64,000 nucleotides of DNA, from positions 15,232 to 79,231 of the forward strand of contig JBECKX010000179.1 of assembly GCA_040235515.1 (NCBI GenBank), given 5' to 3'. Within the stretch, counting starts at the first letter, position 1; each line of letters begins with the position of its first letter. Origin of the DNA: Candidatus Zixiibacteriota bacterium. Its GTDB lineage: Bacteria > Zixibacteria > MSB-5A5 > CAIYYT01. Both the position numbers and the translations under genes were made by a program. Below, one piece after another: positions 36,438-46,382 of the stretch. Below the pieces are notes generated by a model. The model was not told the DNA's origin and did not search any database. It saw nothing but the letters and a program-made list of their open reading frames with translations.

Positions 36438-38717
36438 ATGGAGGCCGTTTTGACGCAGAAGCCCTACCACCGAACTACGCCGGTTGCCCGCAGGATGCAG
36501 GCGCCAGGTGTCACGTTATCAGCATTCCTTCTCCTCACTCTGTTATTCTCCGCGACCAGTCTATTCGCGCAGCCGATCGAGAGTTGCGGAACGCGGATTG
36601 GCCCTGATGAAGTAGATGAGTTGTTCAAACACACGCAGGAGCTAATCGGCATGAGCCAGAAGCGTGCCGGAGAAACATACAAGATTCCGATCCAGCACCA
36701 TGTCGTGCGGCAATCGAATGGCAGCGGTGGTTTCACCCAGGCTGAAGTCGACAACGCTATGCTGGAGGGAAATGCGCTCTTCGTACAGGTTAATGTCGAG
36801 TTGTATAATTATGGCCCGGTTGATTTCATCGACGATGATTTCTTCTTTTTCGACTGCTCCAGTTCCGCGCAGTGGGACAGCCTGCGCAACACGAATGTTG
36901 AGCCGAACGCGATAAACATCTTCTGGGTGCCTAGTTCCTCGGGATTTCCCTACTGCGGTCTGTCATCCTTTACGACCAGTACCACGCAGGGTATCGTCAT
37001 GAACAACGCCTGCGGTGGCATCGGACCGAGCAACTCAACCATGGTGCATGAAATCGGCCACTACTTCAATCTCTACCATACGCACGAAACGGCTTTCGGC
37101 GATGAATGTCCGAGCGGCGACAATTGCGGCTTCACGGGGGATCTCGTCTGCGACACACCCGCCGATCCGAATCTGCAGGGCCAGGTTACCCCTGAGCCTG
37201 ACTGCATCTACACCGGCGCTGATCCGCCGCCGATCGGATGTGATGCCACCCCCTATGCGCCGCAGACGGAAAATATCATGTCTTATTCTACCAAGGCCTG
37301 CCGCGACCTCTACACCGCGGGACAGACCGACAGGTTCCGGCTCACCCTCGAGAATGACCGCACGGAACTGGCGGTGCAGGTTGGTGACCTCTACTATTTT
37401 CCCACATCGTTCGGCGCCCTGAACGTGAGTGTCGGGGGAATGGTGGATACGACGGTCACTCTCAGAAACGAGGGGGGTGCTGCGATCACGGTAAATTCTA
37501 TCAGCGTCATGAGTGGAATGGTCGCCGTGAGCGGCCCGGTGCCGACGACGCTTAATCCGGGCGAGACACAGGATTACGTGATCAGTTTCGATGCCACCGG
37601 GTTTGCCGTGCCGTGCGACCTGGGGTCGTACGATGATATCGTGACATTCACCACTACTGACGCCGAGCGGCCGGTATTCGATATGGCAGTTACCGCCGTC
37701 GTGGGACTGGAGGTACCGGCACAGAGTTCCTACTCTTTCGGACCTAACTGCCTGATGCTCGATGTCGGTAACACACCGGGATTCAGCGACCTGAACGACT
37801 TCGTGAGTGATGTGCTCTACGACGGCTCTCTGCTGGTTGGTGTTATCAACGGATCGGACACGACGGTCTACCAGGACCTGTTCGGGCGGGCCGACTACTC
37901 GATCATCGATGGTTTCACACAGGGGGTTGATTCGGTCGGTCGCACAACCCAGACGCTGCAATTCCTCAGCAACGATGACAAGATATACGGTAGTGTGAAG
38001 TACAGCTATGGGGCCAACACAGCGGGTCTTGATAGCTGCAAGATCATCCAGGTCGAGTATACCCTGAATAATGCCTGCGATACTTCCATGACAATCGCCG
38101 CTGGAATTTATGGGGACTTTGACATCGATGGTTCCGGCAGCAATAATGCCAGGATATCACTTGCGCAGAACATGGTCTATGTCGAACAAACTTCGACAAA
38201 TCACCTGGCCGGATTTGTCAATCTGACCCCTGATTCTCCGACGCGAGGACTCGTTCCGGTTTCGAATCCGACGTCGATTTATCCCACCGGCCAGTACGAA
38301 AACAATGAGGCGTATGCTTCGCTGGTGGGGGGCAATGGTCCGGAGATAACCGCCACCGACGTATCCGCGCTACTGGCTTTCGGTGAGTACGAGCTGCCTG
38401 CCGGAGGAAGCATCACTTTTGCCGGGGCGATTGTGGTGTCATCCAGCTCACTGGCTGATCTGCAATCGAGTGCGCAGGCAATTCGGCTATTCTACTCGCC
38501 ACCTGCGTATCTCTGCGGTGACGCTGATGGTAACGACACTGTCACGATTGCCGATGCGGTCTTTCTGATCAACTTCATTTTCGGAGGCGGACCGGCTCCA
38601 TTTCCGCCGCTTGCCGGGGACGCCAACTGCGACGGTTCCATCTCGATCACCGATGTCGTGTATATAATCAACTACATCTTCGGTGGAGGTCCGGCGCCTT
38701 GCGCCTCCTGCAAGTAG
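36438..38717 (+). CDS. secreted zinc metallopeptidase (metzincin-like, HEIGHYFNLYHTHE) with C-terminal double dockerin-like module
   Basis: 759 aa with a signal peptide. It carries a HExxHxxNxxH-type zinc motif. The last ~66 aa are Cys-bounded with two Ca-loop/helix repeats (CGDADGNDTVTIADAVFLINFIFGGGPAP...GDANCDGSISITDVVYIINYIFGGGPAPCASCK). Confidence 0.7.
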   Translation: MEAVLTQKPYHRTTPVARRMQAPGVTLSAFLLLTLLFSATSLFAQPIESCGTRIGPDEVDELFKHTQELIGMSQKRAGETYKIPIQHHVVRQSNGSGGFTQAEVDNAMLEGNALFVQVNVELYNYGPVDFIDDDFFFFDCSSSAQWDSLRNTNVEPNAINIFWVPSSSGFPYCGLSSFTTSTTQGIVMNNACGGIGPSNSTMVHEIGHYFNLYHTHETAFGDECPSGDNCGFTGDLVCDTPADPNLQGQVTPEPDCIYTGADPPPIGCDATPYAPQTENIMSYSTKACRDLYTAGQTDRFRLTLENDRTELAVQVGDLYYFPTSFGALNVSVGGMVDTTVTLRNEGGAAITVNSISVMSGMVAVSGPVPTTLNPGETQDYVISFDATGFAVPCDLGSYDDIVTFTTTDAERPVFDMAVTAVVGLEVPAQSSYSFGPNCLMLDVGNTPGFSDLNDFVSDVLYDGSLLVGVINGSDTTVYQDLFGRADYSIIDGFTQGVDSVGRTTQTLQFLSNDDKIYGSVKYSYGANTAGLDSCKIIQVEYTLNNACDTSMTIAAGIYGDFDIDGSGSNNARISLAQNMVYVEQTSTNHLAGFVNLTPDSPTRGLVPVSNPTSIYPTGQYENNEAYASLVGGNGPEITATDVSALLAFGEYELPAGGSITFAGAIVVSSSSLADLQSSAQAIRLFYSPPAYLCGDADGNDTVTIADAVFLINFIFGGGPAPFPPLAGDANCDGSISITDVVYIINYIFGGGPAPCASCK

Positions 38718-39044
38718 GGCGCAGCAGATTTTGATAACCAGAGAGCCGGTGTTGTCACAACATCGGCTCTTTTTGTATGCGCGGGGCTTCTGCCTGAAGG
38801 TCGGGATGGCAATTTCAGCGCCTATCATGTCTGTTTCAATCCGGAACGTCGTTTTTGACGAAGTAGTTCGCTCCGAGATACTTCAGTAACTTTTCCACCT
38901 GACGATAATCTCTACATAGCATTGGCTCGCCCAATTCGAGCCGACACGCTCGGTCGGGGCAGGTGCGTTCATACCGCCGTGTCGGAAACAACATCCAGAA
39001 AAACTGACTCGTTCAGGGTAGAGTCAAAGGAGGCGGAAAACGAC

Positions 39045-42000
39045 ATGGGGATTACAACCAGAAGCGGCAGCGGTGAGCCCGCGCACGAGACATCCACGCA
39101 CGACATTGACAGACAGCATGATGCCGCAGTCATGAACGATCAAGGTAGTGGTGAGGCTACTTTCTCCGACTGTCTCCTCAAGTGTTCTCAAGTACTGGCG
39201 AATTCAGGCACGGATGATCGCGACAGTATCGAGGTAGCGCTGCGTGCACTGGTAGAGGCTACGCGATTCGACCGCATTCGCATCATCGAAAACATTTCGG
39301 ACGATGCGAGCGCCCGCTATGCGCAGTTGACCTGCGCAGTCGTGGGGGAAGGTGAGTCGCGCGAGGCCGGGCAGCAGTTGCAGTTCGAGTATGACGGCGA
39401 ATGCGCCGCATGGAGTTCGATGCTCGACAAGAGCGGCGCTGAGAATGGTGCTGCTGTCGAAATCCCGGACTCACTCAGGGAGAAGCTGAAGGCTGAAGAT
39501 GCCAGGGAGATGCTGGCGTTTCCGCTCTTTTCCAGTGGTACCTGGATCGGGCTGATCACCTTTGAACAACTGCAGGACTCAGGCGAATGGGTACCGGGTG
39601 AGACCGGGTTACTCACGGCGGTAGCCGGAATGCTGGGCAGTCATCTCGGCAGGCGCAGGGCGATGTCGAGCCTCCGGCGCCAGGTTGCGCTGCAAACGGT
39701 GCTGGGTACAGTCGCCAAGCGTCTGGCCCAAACGCAATCAACTTCAATCGGTGCAGAAATCGACGCTTCACTTGAGGAGATGGGGCAGGCCTGCGGGGCC
39801 GATCGCGCCTCTATCTTCAAGTTGAATCGCTATGATGGTCTCGTAACCAATATCCATGAATGGTGCGACGAGGGAGTTCCCGCACGGATTTCGCAATCGC
39901 TCGATTTCTCACTGCGTGGTGATCTCCCCTGGTTAGCCCGCCAACTGCACGAATTCAAGCATATATCGCTGGCTTCGCTGGAACAACTCCCGCAGGGCAC
40001 GGAGAAAGAGCGTGCCTGGCTTGAAGCCCGCGATGTCGAGTCGATCCTGATCATCCCGCTGCTGATAGACAATTACCTCTTCGGCTTTCTCTGTATCGAA
40101 ACCGTGAATGAGCAGCGCGCCTGGCGGAGTGAGATATCCTCGACGCTGCATGTCTTCGGTGAACTGGTAGCAGGCGCCATCAAGCGTAAAGAGATCGACG
40201 ATGCAATCAAGTCAAGCGAGCGACGCTACAGGCTGATCGCCGACAACGCTACGGAAATCATCACGGTCTATGACAAAGAACACAGCCTGGTGTGGGCATC
40301 CCCCACATTCGGTGAGCTGACCGGCGTGTCTGCGGACACATTCGTCGGCAGGGAGATCAGTGAGCTGATTTTCGAAGAGGATCTCGATTCATTCCGTCGC
40401 CTGCAGGCATTAACGCTGAAGGGAGCGGACGGAGAACGGGCGCGGGTACGGATCGCCACCAAGCGTGGTGACTGGTACTGGCTTGAGTTAACCGGCAAGC
40501 CGTTCTCGGGTGCATCGGCAGGCTCGGAGGATCAGTACATCCTGATCGGGCGCAGCATTGACCATCACACGCGCGTGGAGGAGACGCTGCGCCGTAACCT
40601 GAGCTTCATGCAGAGAATTCTGGACACGATCCCCGACCCGATCTACTTCAAGGATCAGAACCTGAACTACCGATTGGTAAACAAGGCGTTCGAGGATTTC
40701 CTTGGCCGGTTCAAGCGAGACATCATCGGCAAGAGCACTTTAGACTTCTGGGAGCCAGAGGTGGCGAACCTCTTCATAGAGATGGATAAAGCGCTGCTGT
40801 TGAAGCCCGGTGTCCAAACGCACGAGACTGAAGTCATCAGAGGGGACGGATCGAAATCGCTCATGATGCTGCACCGTGCATCATTCGCAGACGAGAATGG
40901 GGAGATTCAGGGCGTTCTGGGAATCGGCAGGGATATCTCGGAGCGGAACCGCAGCGAGCAAGCATTGCGGGATCTTGAAGCGCGTCACAAACAGATTCTG
41001 AATGCGATTTCGGATATCATCATTGTGAAGAGTCCCAGCTCACGAATCACCTGGGCAAACACCGCATTCATGGACTATTACAATCTCTCCGAAGAGGACC
41101 TGTTCGACTATATCGACTCGACGTTTAACGATGCCGCGACCACGCAACGTTATCTGGAAGCAGATCGCCGGGTAGTCCAGAGTGGCAAAACTGTTGTGAT
41201 CGATGAGGAGCCTATCACGCGGCATGACGGCGAGGTTCGACTCTTCAATACCGTTAAATCACCGATTTTCGACTCATCGGGAGCGGTTACGGCGATCGTA
41301 GCGGTCTGCAGAGATATTACGAACAGCAAGATTACTGAGCGTGCGCTGGAAGAGAGCAACAGGCTATTCATGACGCTGATCGGCAACCTGCCGGGAATGG
41401 TCTACCGTTGCAAACCAGACGATGAGCGTACGATGCTCTACGCCTCCAATGGCTGCATCAACCTGACGGGCTACACGCCATCCGAACTGACCCATAACCG
41501 CAGGGTCACCTTTGCCGCCCTGATTCACCCGGAAGATATCGCGAAGGTAAGACGCGCGGTCAAACGGGCCGTTGAGCAGCAGAGCACCTACCAGGTAACC
41601 TACCGCATCAATGCCGCGGATGGGAGTACGCGCTGGGTCTGGGAACAGGGAGCGGTAGAGCCGATCACCAATTCTGACGAGTTGTGTCTTGAAGGTTTGA
41701 TCCTCGATATCACGGATAAGAAAGCCGAAGAAGAGAGCCGCCTGCGCCTTGCCACCGCTGTTGAGCAGGTGGCCGAGGCCATTATGATCATGAACTATGA
41801 TGGCCAGATCGAGTATGTTAACCCCGGATTCACGCAGGTCACAGGTTACAGCTTCGAAGACGCGCTGGGTCGCGACCCCATATTCCTGTCGAAGGGTCTG
41901 CACGATGACGCCCACTTCACGCAGTTGTGGGCTACGATCAAGTCGGGCAAAGCCTGGAAGGGGCGCATGAAGAACATGCACAAGGAGAACCGCGTAATCG

Positions 42001-42935
42001 AGTGCGACGCGACGATTTCTCCGGTGCGTGACGGTAGCGGCAAGATTACGAATTTCGTGGCGGTGGAGCGCGATGTCACCGAGATGGTGAATCTCGAGGG
42101 CCAGTTGCGCCAGGCACAGAAGCTGGAGTCTGTCGGTTCGCTGGCAGCCGGCATCGCACATGAAATCAATACGCCGATCCAGTTTGTGGGGGACAATACG
42201 CATTTCCTCGCGGACGCCTTCCTGGATATCAACAAAGTACTCGAGAAGGCCCAGTTGATGATCGAGGAAACCAAGCCTGAGGATCCTTGCTCAGTAGCGT
42301 GCAAGGAACTGCGCGATGCGGTTGCGAACTGCGATGTGGGATTCTATCGCGAAGAGATACCGAGCGCGATCGACCAAACGTTGCAGGGTGTTGACCGAGT
42401 CGCGACGATCGTGCGGGCGATGAAAGAGTTTTCGCATCCAGATACCAGGGAGAAGACACCGATCGAGGTCAATAAGGCGATCACCACCACGCTGACGGTG
42501 GCCCGGAACGAGCTCAAGTACGTTGCGGATGTTGAAACCGAGTTCGGTGAGAATCTGCCGGCTGTGATGGGCTATCCGGGCGAGTTGAACCAGGTATTCC
42601 TCAACTTGCTGGTGAATGCTTCGCACGCGATCGCCAAAGTTGTGGGTGAGGGTTCGGGTGAGAAGGGGAAGATCACCGTGCGCACCTATGAAGAGGAGGA
42701 CTACCTGGTGGTTGAGGTGCGGGACACGGGATGCGGAATCAAGCTGGAGGATCGCGATCGTATCTTCGACCCATTCTACACGACCAAGCCGGTAGGCAAG
42801 GGAACCGGGCAGGGTCTGGCGATAGCCCGCTCGGTAGTGGTGGATAAGCATGGTGGAAAGATCGACTTCGAAACGGAGATCGGTCGCGGCACCACATTCT
42901 TCGTACGGCTACCATTAAGCGCTGAAGGGACATGA
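39045..42935 (+). CDS. multi-sensor histidine kinase (GAF + multiple PAS/PAC + HisKA + HATPase_c)
   Basis: The ATG at 39045 has an AAGGAGG RBS 10 nt upstream and is preferred over the ORF-track start at 38922. At least 5 PAS-like repeats are present. The H-box is AAGIAHEINTP and the C-terminal ATPase motifs are GxGxG (TGCGI, GKGTGQGL). Confidence 0.8.
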   Translation: MGITTRSGSGEPAHETSTHDIDRQHDAAVMNDQGSGEATFSDCLLKCSQVLANSGTDDRDSIEVALRALVEATRFDRIRIIENISDDASARYAQLTCAVVGEGESREAGQQLQFEYDGECAAWSSMLDKSGAENGAAVEIPDSLREKLKAEDAREMLAFPLFSSGTWIGLITFEQLQDSGEWVPGETGLLTAVAGMLGSHLGRRRAMSSLRRQVALQTVLGTVAKRLAQTQSTSIGAEIDASLEEMGQACGADRASIFKLNRYDGLVTNIHEWCDEGVPARISQSLDFSLRGDLPWLARQLHEFKHISLASLEQLPQGTEKERAWLEARDVESILIIPLLIDNYLFGFLCIETVNEQRAWRSEISSTLHVFGELVAGAIKRKEIDDAIKSSERRYRLIADNATEIITVYDKEHSLVWASPTFGELTGVSADTFVGREISELIFEEDLDSFRRLQALTLKGADGERARVRIATKRGDWYWLELTGKPFSGASAGSEDQYILIGRSIDHHTRVEETLRRNLSFMQRILDTIPDPIYFKDQNLNYRLVNKAFEDFLGRFKRDIIGKSTLDFWEPEVANLFIEMDKALLLKPGVQTHETEVIRGDGSKSLMMLHRASFADENGEIQGVLGIGRDISERNRSEQALRDLEARHKQILNAISDIIIVKSPSSRITWANTAFMDYYNLSEEDLFDYIDSTFNDAATTQRYLEADRRVVQSGKTVVIDEEPITRHDGEVRLFNTVKSPIFDSSGAVTAIVAVCRDITNSKITERALEESNRLFMTLIGNLPGMVYRCKPDDERTMLYASNGCINLTGYTPSELTHNRRVTFAALIHPEDIAKVRRAVKRAVEQQSTYQVTYRINAADGSTRWVWEQGAVEPITNSDELCLEGLILDITDKKAEEESRLRLATAVEQVAEAIMIMNYDGQIEYVNPGFTQVTGYSFEDALGRDPIFLSKGLHDDAHFTQLWATIKSGKAWKGRMKNMHKENRVIECDATISPVRDGSGKITNFVAVERDVTEMVNLEGQLRQAQKLESVGSLAAGIAHEINTPIQFVGDNTHFLADAFLDINKVLEKAQLMIEETKPEDPCSVACKELRDAVANCDVGFYREEIPSAIDQTLQGVDRVATIVRAMKEFSHPDTREKTPIEVNKAITTTLTVARNELKYVADVETEFGENLPAVMGYPGELNQVFLNLLVNASHAIAKVVGEGSGEKGKITVRTYEEEDYLVVEVRDTGCGIKLEDRDRIFDPFYTTKPVGKGTGQGLAIARSVVVDKHGGKIDFETEIGRGTTFFVRLPLSAEGT

Positions 42936-42940
42936 GAACG

Positions 42941-44134
42941 ATGAAACGAGTACTGTTTGTTGATGATGAACCCAATGTCCTGCGCGGACTGAAGCGGATG
43001 CTGCACAAGATGCGCGAAGAATGGGAGATGGAGTTTGCATCCGGCGGCAAGGACGCGCTGGAACTGCTTAAATCAAAGCCATTCGACGCCGTCGTTTCCG
43101 ATATGCGCATGCCGGAAATGAACGGCGCAGAGTTGCTGAATGAGATCAAGAACAATTTCCCGGAGGCGGTGCGATTCATCCTGTCGGGACATTCCGACAG
43201 CGACCTGATCATGCAGTCGATCGGCTGCACGCATCAATACCTCGCCAAGCCGTGCGATCCCACGCAGTTGGTGACATCGCTCAACAACTCGTTTGCGCTG
43301 CGGAGCCTGCTTTCGCGCGAGGAATTGCTGGTTCAACTCTCGAAGATTTCGACATTACCGACGCTCCCCGACACCTACAAGGATCTGCTCGCGGCGCTCT
43401 CCGATGAGAACAGCTCGCTTGATACGGTTGCCAAGATCGTTTCACGCGATGTGGGAATGACGGCGACTATTCTGCACATGGTCAATTCGGCATTCTTCGG
43501 ACTCCCGCGCCAGGTGGAGAGTCCTCAGCGTGCGGTAAGCCTGCTGGGGCTGGAGACCATTCGCTCGCTGGTGATGATGGCGGGTGTATTCGCGCAGTTA
43601 AAAATCGAGCCGCTTCGCGGCATGACGATTGAGAGTGTCTATTCTCACTGTCTCGAGGTTGGAGTCGTGGCGCAGAAGATCGCTCGAATCCTGGAACTGG
43701 ACAAGCGCACGGTCGATGCCGCCTTTATGGCCGGTACGATGCACGATATTGGTAAGGCTATCATGCTGGTCCACCTGCGCACAGAGTTGGAGCAGGCGGT
43801 CGAGGTGTCGGAAGCTGAGGATATGACGATCTACCAGGCGGAGATGGCGGTTCATGACATCAGTCATGCGGAGATCGGGGCGTATCTCCTCTCGATCTGG
43901 GGAGAGCCTGATTCGATTGTCGAGGCGGTCGCCCGCCACCACAGGCCTCATTCCACCGAGAAGGCGGAGTTGAGCGCTTTGACCTGTGTACACCTTGCCA
44001 ATGTCTTTAACCTTGAGGGGCAAGCTGACGATAAGACTAAGTGGGATAACCCGGTAGCGGACACTGAATACCTAGCGGAGGTCGGACTGGCTGATCGGAT
44101 TGACAAGATCCGTGAGCAGGTAACGGCCGAGTAG
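42941..44134 (+). CDS. response regulator, REC + HDOD domain
   Basis: The REC domain has the phospho-acceptor Asp (VVSDMRMPEMNG). The C-terminal HDOD domain starts at LPTLPDTYKDLL...VNSAFFGL. It begins 6 nt after the kinase stop. Confidence 0.75.
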   Translation: MKRVLFVDDEPNVLRGLKRMLHKMREEWEMEFASGGKDALELLKSKPFDAVVSDMRMPEMNGAELLNEIKNNFPEAVRFILSGHSDSDLIMQSIGCTHQYLAKPCDPTQLVTSLNNSFALRSLLSREELLVQLSKISTLPTLPDTYKDLLAALSDENSSLDTVAKIVSRDVGMTATILHMVNSAFFGLPRQVESPQRAVSLLGLETIRSLVMMAGVFAQLKIEPLRGMTIESVYSHCLEVGVVAQKIARILELDKRTVDAAFMAGTMHDIGKAIMLVHLRTELEQAVEVSEAEDMTIYQAEMAVHDISHAEIGAYLLSIWGEPDSIVEAVARHHRPHSTEKAELSALTCVHLANVFNLEGQADDKTKWDNPVADTEYLAEVGLADRIDKIREQVTAE

Positions 44135-44151
44135 TACGGAGGACTGCAAAA

Positions 44152-45354
44152 ATGGATGAGTATGGACTGAATCGGATTCTGATTGTTGACGACGATCCGA
44201 ACCTCCTCGCTGCTCTGAGCCGGCAGCTGCGTGGCAAGCACGATGTCACGACGGCCGAGGGCGGTAAGGAGGGCGTAGAGACCCTGCAGAAACGTGGGCC
44301 GTTCGCTGTTATCATTTCTGATATGCGGATGCCGGAGATGAACGGCATACAGTTCCTCACGCGGGCGCAGGAGTTGTATCCCAACTCGGTGCGTATGATG
44401 CTCACGGGCAATGCGGATATCGAGACTGCTATGCACGCTGTGAATGAGGGGAACATCTTCCGGTTCCTGACCAAGCCTTGCCAGCGCGAAACGCTCTACT
44501 GGGCGATCGATGCCGGCATCAGGCAGTACCGGCTTGTGATCGCGGAACGAATCCTCCTGGAAAAGACATTGATGGGGAGCATCAAAGTGCTCGCCGACGT
44601 ACTTGCGCTCGTTAATCCGATTGCGTTTGGAAGGGCGAACCGGCTGAAAGAGTATGCTTCACAATTGGTGAACAACCTGAACGTCGAGGATATCTGGCAG
44701 TTCGAAGCTGCTGCATTACTCTCGCAGATCGGCTGCGTGGCGCTCCCTGAGGATATCCTCAGCAAGGTCTACTCGGGCGAAGAACTCACCGAGGATGAGC
44801 ATGAGATGTATTCCAAGCATCCGGAGCTGGCGGGACAGTTGCTCTCTCTGATTCCACGCCTCGGCATCGTCGGCAAGATGATCGCCAAGCAGGATATGGA
44901 TTTTGTCGAGATGGGAATCAGTTCCGACGAGTTGATAAATCACCGCGACCTGCTCGGCGCCCAGATCCTGAAAGCGTGCACCGAGTTCGATACCTACATC
45001 TTCAGCGGAGAACAGCGGGTAACCGCCCTGGCGCGGTTGAAGTCGAAGTCGAATCGCTATCATCCCGCTATTTTGCGCGCGGCTCAGCGCTTTGAAGTGA
45101 TCAATATTGAACACCGTGAATCGGAATTGCCGATACGCGAACTGACCGATTCGATGACGCTGGCGGAGGATGTCGTTACCGGAAGCGGAATCTTGATTGC
45201 ACCGCGTGGACAGCGGATATCCCTCTCGATGAGAATCAAGCTGCAGAACTACGCACATCGGAATCAAATTCCGAAGAAGATCAAGGTCCATCTGCCGAGC
45301 GGTAATCCGATTTCCCCGACAGAGGCTTCCGAGTCGAAAGTCAGCATGCTTTAG
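44152..45354 (+). CDS. response regulator, REC + HD-related (HD-GYP-like, possibly degenerate) output domain
   Basis: REC motif: IISDMRMPEMNG. The C-terminal ~230 aa form an HD-family helical domain in which no clear GYP motif was seen. Confidence 0.6.
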   Translation: MDEYGLNRILIVDDDPNLLAALSRQLRGKHDVTTAEGGKEGVETLQKRGPFAVIISDMRMPEMNGIQFLTRAQELYPNSVRMMLTGNADIETAMHAVNEGNIFRFLTKPCQRETLYWAIDAGIRQYRLVIAERILLEKTLMGSIKVLADVLALVNPIAFGRANRLKEYASQLVNNLNVEDIWQFEAAALLSQIGCVALPEDILSKVYSGEELTEDEHEMYSKHPELAGQLLSLIPRLGIVGKMIAKQDMDFVEMGISSDELINHRDLLGAQILKACTEFDTYIFSGEQRVTALARLKSKSNRYHPAILRAAQRFEVINIEHRESELPIRELTDSMTLAEDVVTGSGILIAPRGQRISLSMRIKLQNYAHRNQIPKKIKVHLPSGNPISPTEASESKVSML

Positions 45355-45552
45355 CCTGCCGCTTCCGGCGCACAACATAATCCCGATATCTGGCTGCCGC
45401 GGACGTGCTGCGCCTCTCGCTCCGGCATTCAAGTGCTACACCAACCGTGCCCGACTGAATTTCCGTATTGAATCTGGGGGGAGATTGAGTGCAGATTTTC
45501 CGCTGCGCAGGGTAGCGGATGATTCGGCTTGGCGACAACGGAGTGAAGCAAG

Positions 45553-45948
45553 ATGCCCCATTCGATTTCTGAGTTAGTGTTGAAAGTTAGAGATATCCGC
45601 GCAGGAGTTGAATTCTACCGGAACTTGCTGGGGCTTCAGTTGGAAGAACCGTTCAGCGATGATTGGGCATGGTTCAAGCTCAGCGATAACCCACCGCAAC
45701 GATTTGCACTGCGAAAGGGGACATTGTTGTTCGAGGAGCATTCGCCGCGGGTCGCGGAGGAGCGATTTGGCCCGGTGCACTTTGCATTTCAGGTGGATCG
45801 ATCGGAGTTGGAGGCTACGACGGCAAGGTTGAGAGACGCAGGCATTGATCTGCACGGACCTGTTGCGCTCGATTGGATGAATGCCGATTCGGTTTACTGC
45901 TACGACCCCGATGATAACCTGGTAGAGTTATGGTGCCTGCGCGAGTAG
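45553..45948 (+). CDS. VOC (glyoxalase/bleomycin-resistance/dioxygenase) family protein
   Basis: 131 aa with the paired beta-alpha-beta-beta-beta module signature (VLKVRDIRAGVEFYRNLLGL). Confidence 0.7.
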   Translation: MPHSISELVLKVRDIRAGVEFYRNLLGLQLEEPFSDDWAWFKLSDNPPQRFALRKGTLLFEEHSPRVAEERFGPVHFAFQVDRSELEATTARLRDAGIDLHGPVALDWMNADSVYCYDPDDNLVELWCLRE

Positions 45949-45979
45949 TTGCGCCGGCGATCCGGAGTTGGAGCAGAAG

Positions 45980-46363
45980 CTAGAATGCGCCGTCGCTGTT
46001 GGGCGAGTCGTGTTGGAGCGGCATGATGCAATCCCACATCTCGACAATTTTGCCACTCTCGAACCTGAATAGATGAACCACTGAAATTCCCGGATTGTCT
46101 TGAGCGATCTCAAGATGCGAGTGTATGGCAACCATGTTGCCTTCGGCGATAGCATTCTTGATCGACAACTTCTTGTTCGGGTTCTGTTTGTAATCATCGA
46201 TCATCGCTTGTTTGAGTACGGGGAAGCCGGCTGGAAAATAGATATTGTGATGCTTTCCAGACATGTCGACATACTGCTCGTATGCTGCCTCGAACTTGCC
46301 GTCCACAACTAGTTTCATGAACTCGATCGCAGCCGCCTTGTTGGTGTTCTCCATGTCGATCAA
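45980..46363 (-). CDS. SnoaL-like/NTF2-superfamily protein
   Basis: 127 aa. The pattern of an alpha+beta cone-shaped fold (AAIEFMKLVVDGKFEAAYEQYV ... VVHLFRFESGKIVEMWD) is typical of SnoaL-like proteins. Confidence 0.6.
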   Translation of the reverse strand: MIDMENTNKAAAIEFMKLVVDGKFEAAYEQYVDMSGKHHNIYFPAGFPVLKQAMIDDYKQNPNKKLSIKNAIAEGNMVAIHSHLEIAQDNPGISVVHLFRFESGKIVEMWDCIMPLQHDSPNSDGAF

Positions 46364-46382
46364 TCGCTCCTGAGGATTGGGT

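Noticed and set aside
37035-37961. 308-aa antisense ORF inside the metallopeptidase gene, plus similar long antisense ORFs at 41364..42203, 19460..20266 and 33683..34285
   Set aside because: Each lies opposite a gene with strong motif support, namely HExxH, HisKA/HATPase, CcoN or the coiled-coil secreted protein. Long stop-free antisense frames are expected at this GC content.
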